Assembly (NCBI GenBank): GCA_964016885.1
Contig: OZ024751.1
Location: 12,586,001 to 12,650,000, forward strand
DNA from: Eledone cirrhosa
Lineage: Eukaryota
Reading direction: 5' to 3'
Length of the DNA: 64,000 nucleotides
Shown here: in pieces, positions 62,486 to 64,000 of the stretch
Position numbering within the stretch: position 1 is the first letter of the stretch
Layout of the letters: every line of letters starts with the position of its first letter
Made by a program: the position numbers and the translations under genes
Notes under the pieces: generated by a model
What the model was told of the DNA's origin: nothing
The model's database searches: none
What the model saw: only the letters and a program-made list of their open reading frames with translations

Positions 62486-64000
62486 GACATTTATATACTG
62501 TGAATCCAGCATGTAGGAAGCCATGTGCTGACATTTATATACTGTGAATCCAGCATGTAGGAAGCCATGTGCTGACATTTATATACTGTGAATCCAGCAT
62601 GTAGGAAGCCACGTGCTAACTTTTATATACTGTGAATCCAGCATGTAGGATGCCATGTGCTAAATTTTATATACTGTGAATCCAGCATGTAGGATGCTAT
62701 GTGCAGACATTTATATACTGTGAATCCAGCATGTAGGATGCCATGTGCAGACATTTATATACTGTGAATCCAGCATGTAGGACGCCATGTGCAGACATTT
62801 ATATACTGTGAATCCAGCATGTAGGACGCCATGTGCAGACATTTATATACTGTGGATCCGGCATGTAGGACGCCATGTGCAGACATTTATATACTGTGAA
62901 TCCAGCATGTAGGACGCCATGTGCAGACATTTATATACTGTGAATCCAGCATGTAGGAAGCCACGTGCTAACTTTTATATACTGTGAATCCAGCATGTAG
63001 GATGCCATGTGCTAACTTTTATATACTGTGAATCCAGCATGTAGGATGCCATGTGCAGACATTTATATACTGTGAATCCAGCATGTAGGATGCCATGTGC
63101 AGACATTTATATACTGTGAATCCAGAATGTAGGACGCCATGTGCAGACATTTATATACTGTGAATCCAGCATGTAGGACGCCATGTGCAGACATTTATAT
63201 ACTGTGGATCCGGCATGTAGGACGCCATGTGCAGACATTTATATACTGTGAATCCAGCATGTAGGACGCCATGTGCAGACATTTATATACTGTGAATCCA
63301 GCATGTAGGAAGCCACGTGCTAACTTTTATATACTGTGAATCCAGCATGTAGGACGCCATGTGCTAACTTTTATATACTGTGAATCCAGCATGTAGGACG
63401 CCATGTGCTGACATTTATATACTGTGAATCCAGCATGTAGGACGCCATGTGCAGGCATTTATATACTGTGAATCCAGCATGTAGGAAGCCACGTGCTAAC
63501 TTTTATATACTGTGAATCAAGCATGTAGGATGCCATGTGCTAACTTTTATATACTGTGAATCCAGCATGTAGGATGCCATGTGCAGACATTTATATACTG
63601 TGAATCCAGCATGTAGGATGCCATGTGCAGACATTTATATACTGTGAATCCAGCATGTAGGACGCCATGTGCAGACATTTATATACTGTGAATCCAGCAT
63701 GTAGGACGCCATGTGCAGACATTTATATACTGTGGATCCGGCATGTAGGACGCCATGTGCAGACATTTATATACTGTGAATCCAGCATGTAGGACGCCAT
63801 GTGCAGACATTTATATACTGTGAATCCAGCATGTAGGAAGCCACGTGCTAACTTTTATATACTGTGAATCCAGCATGTAGGATGCCATGTGCTAACTTTT
63901 ATATACTGTGAATCCAGCATGTAGGATGCCATGTGCAGACATTTATATACTGTGAATCCAGCATGTAGGATGCCATGTGCAGACATTTATATACTGTGAA
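62486..64000. repeat. 44-bp tandem satellite (~34 copies, runs off the window)
   Basis: Unit gacatttatatactgtgaatccagcatgtaggacgccatgtgca starting at 62486, 62530, 62574. Confidence 0.97.

Noticed and set aside
62486-64000. CRISPR array
   Set aside because: Contiguous 44-bp units with no unique spacers

Overview
Eukaryotic, extremely AT-rich, repeat-dominated window. The very long degenerate (TA)n tracts and the SINE types suggest a cephalopod/octopus-like genome, which is an inference. Nearly all ORF-track entries are (TA)n, (CA)n or CT-repeat translation artefacts. Real coding content is an apparently intact RTE-clade LINE (42822-46367: APE endonuclease, RT and three C2H2 fingers), two 5'-truncated Penelope-like elements (PLEs) with RT + GIY-YIG (30486-32525 minus; ~50838-52348 plus, Naiad-like, inside a ~1.15 kb inverted repeat), a decayed CR1-type LINE and RTE/CR1 fragments. 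Also present are two non-autonomous Helitrons, hAT/piggyBac/mariner MITEs, tRNA-derived SINEs, a 44-bp satellite with a higher-order period, and a 200-N gap. The most striking unannotated signal is about 19 type-I minimal hammerhead-ribozyme motifs from several sequence families, mostly next to (TA)n and often in fold-back structures. They include a tandem-plus-inverted array of a 310-bp, ORF-less, self-complementary unit with one hammerhead per unit (retrozyme/circRNA-like, 37677-39100). A possible minus-strand host gene with a 14-nt microexon may thread through the first 30 kb. All coordinates were read by eye.
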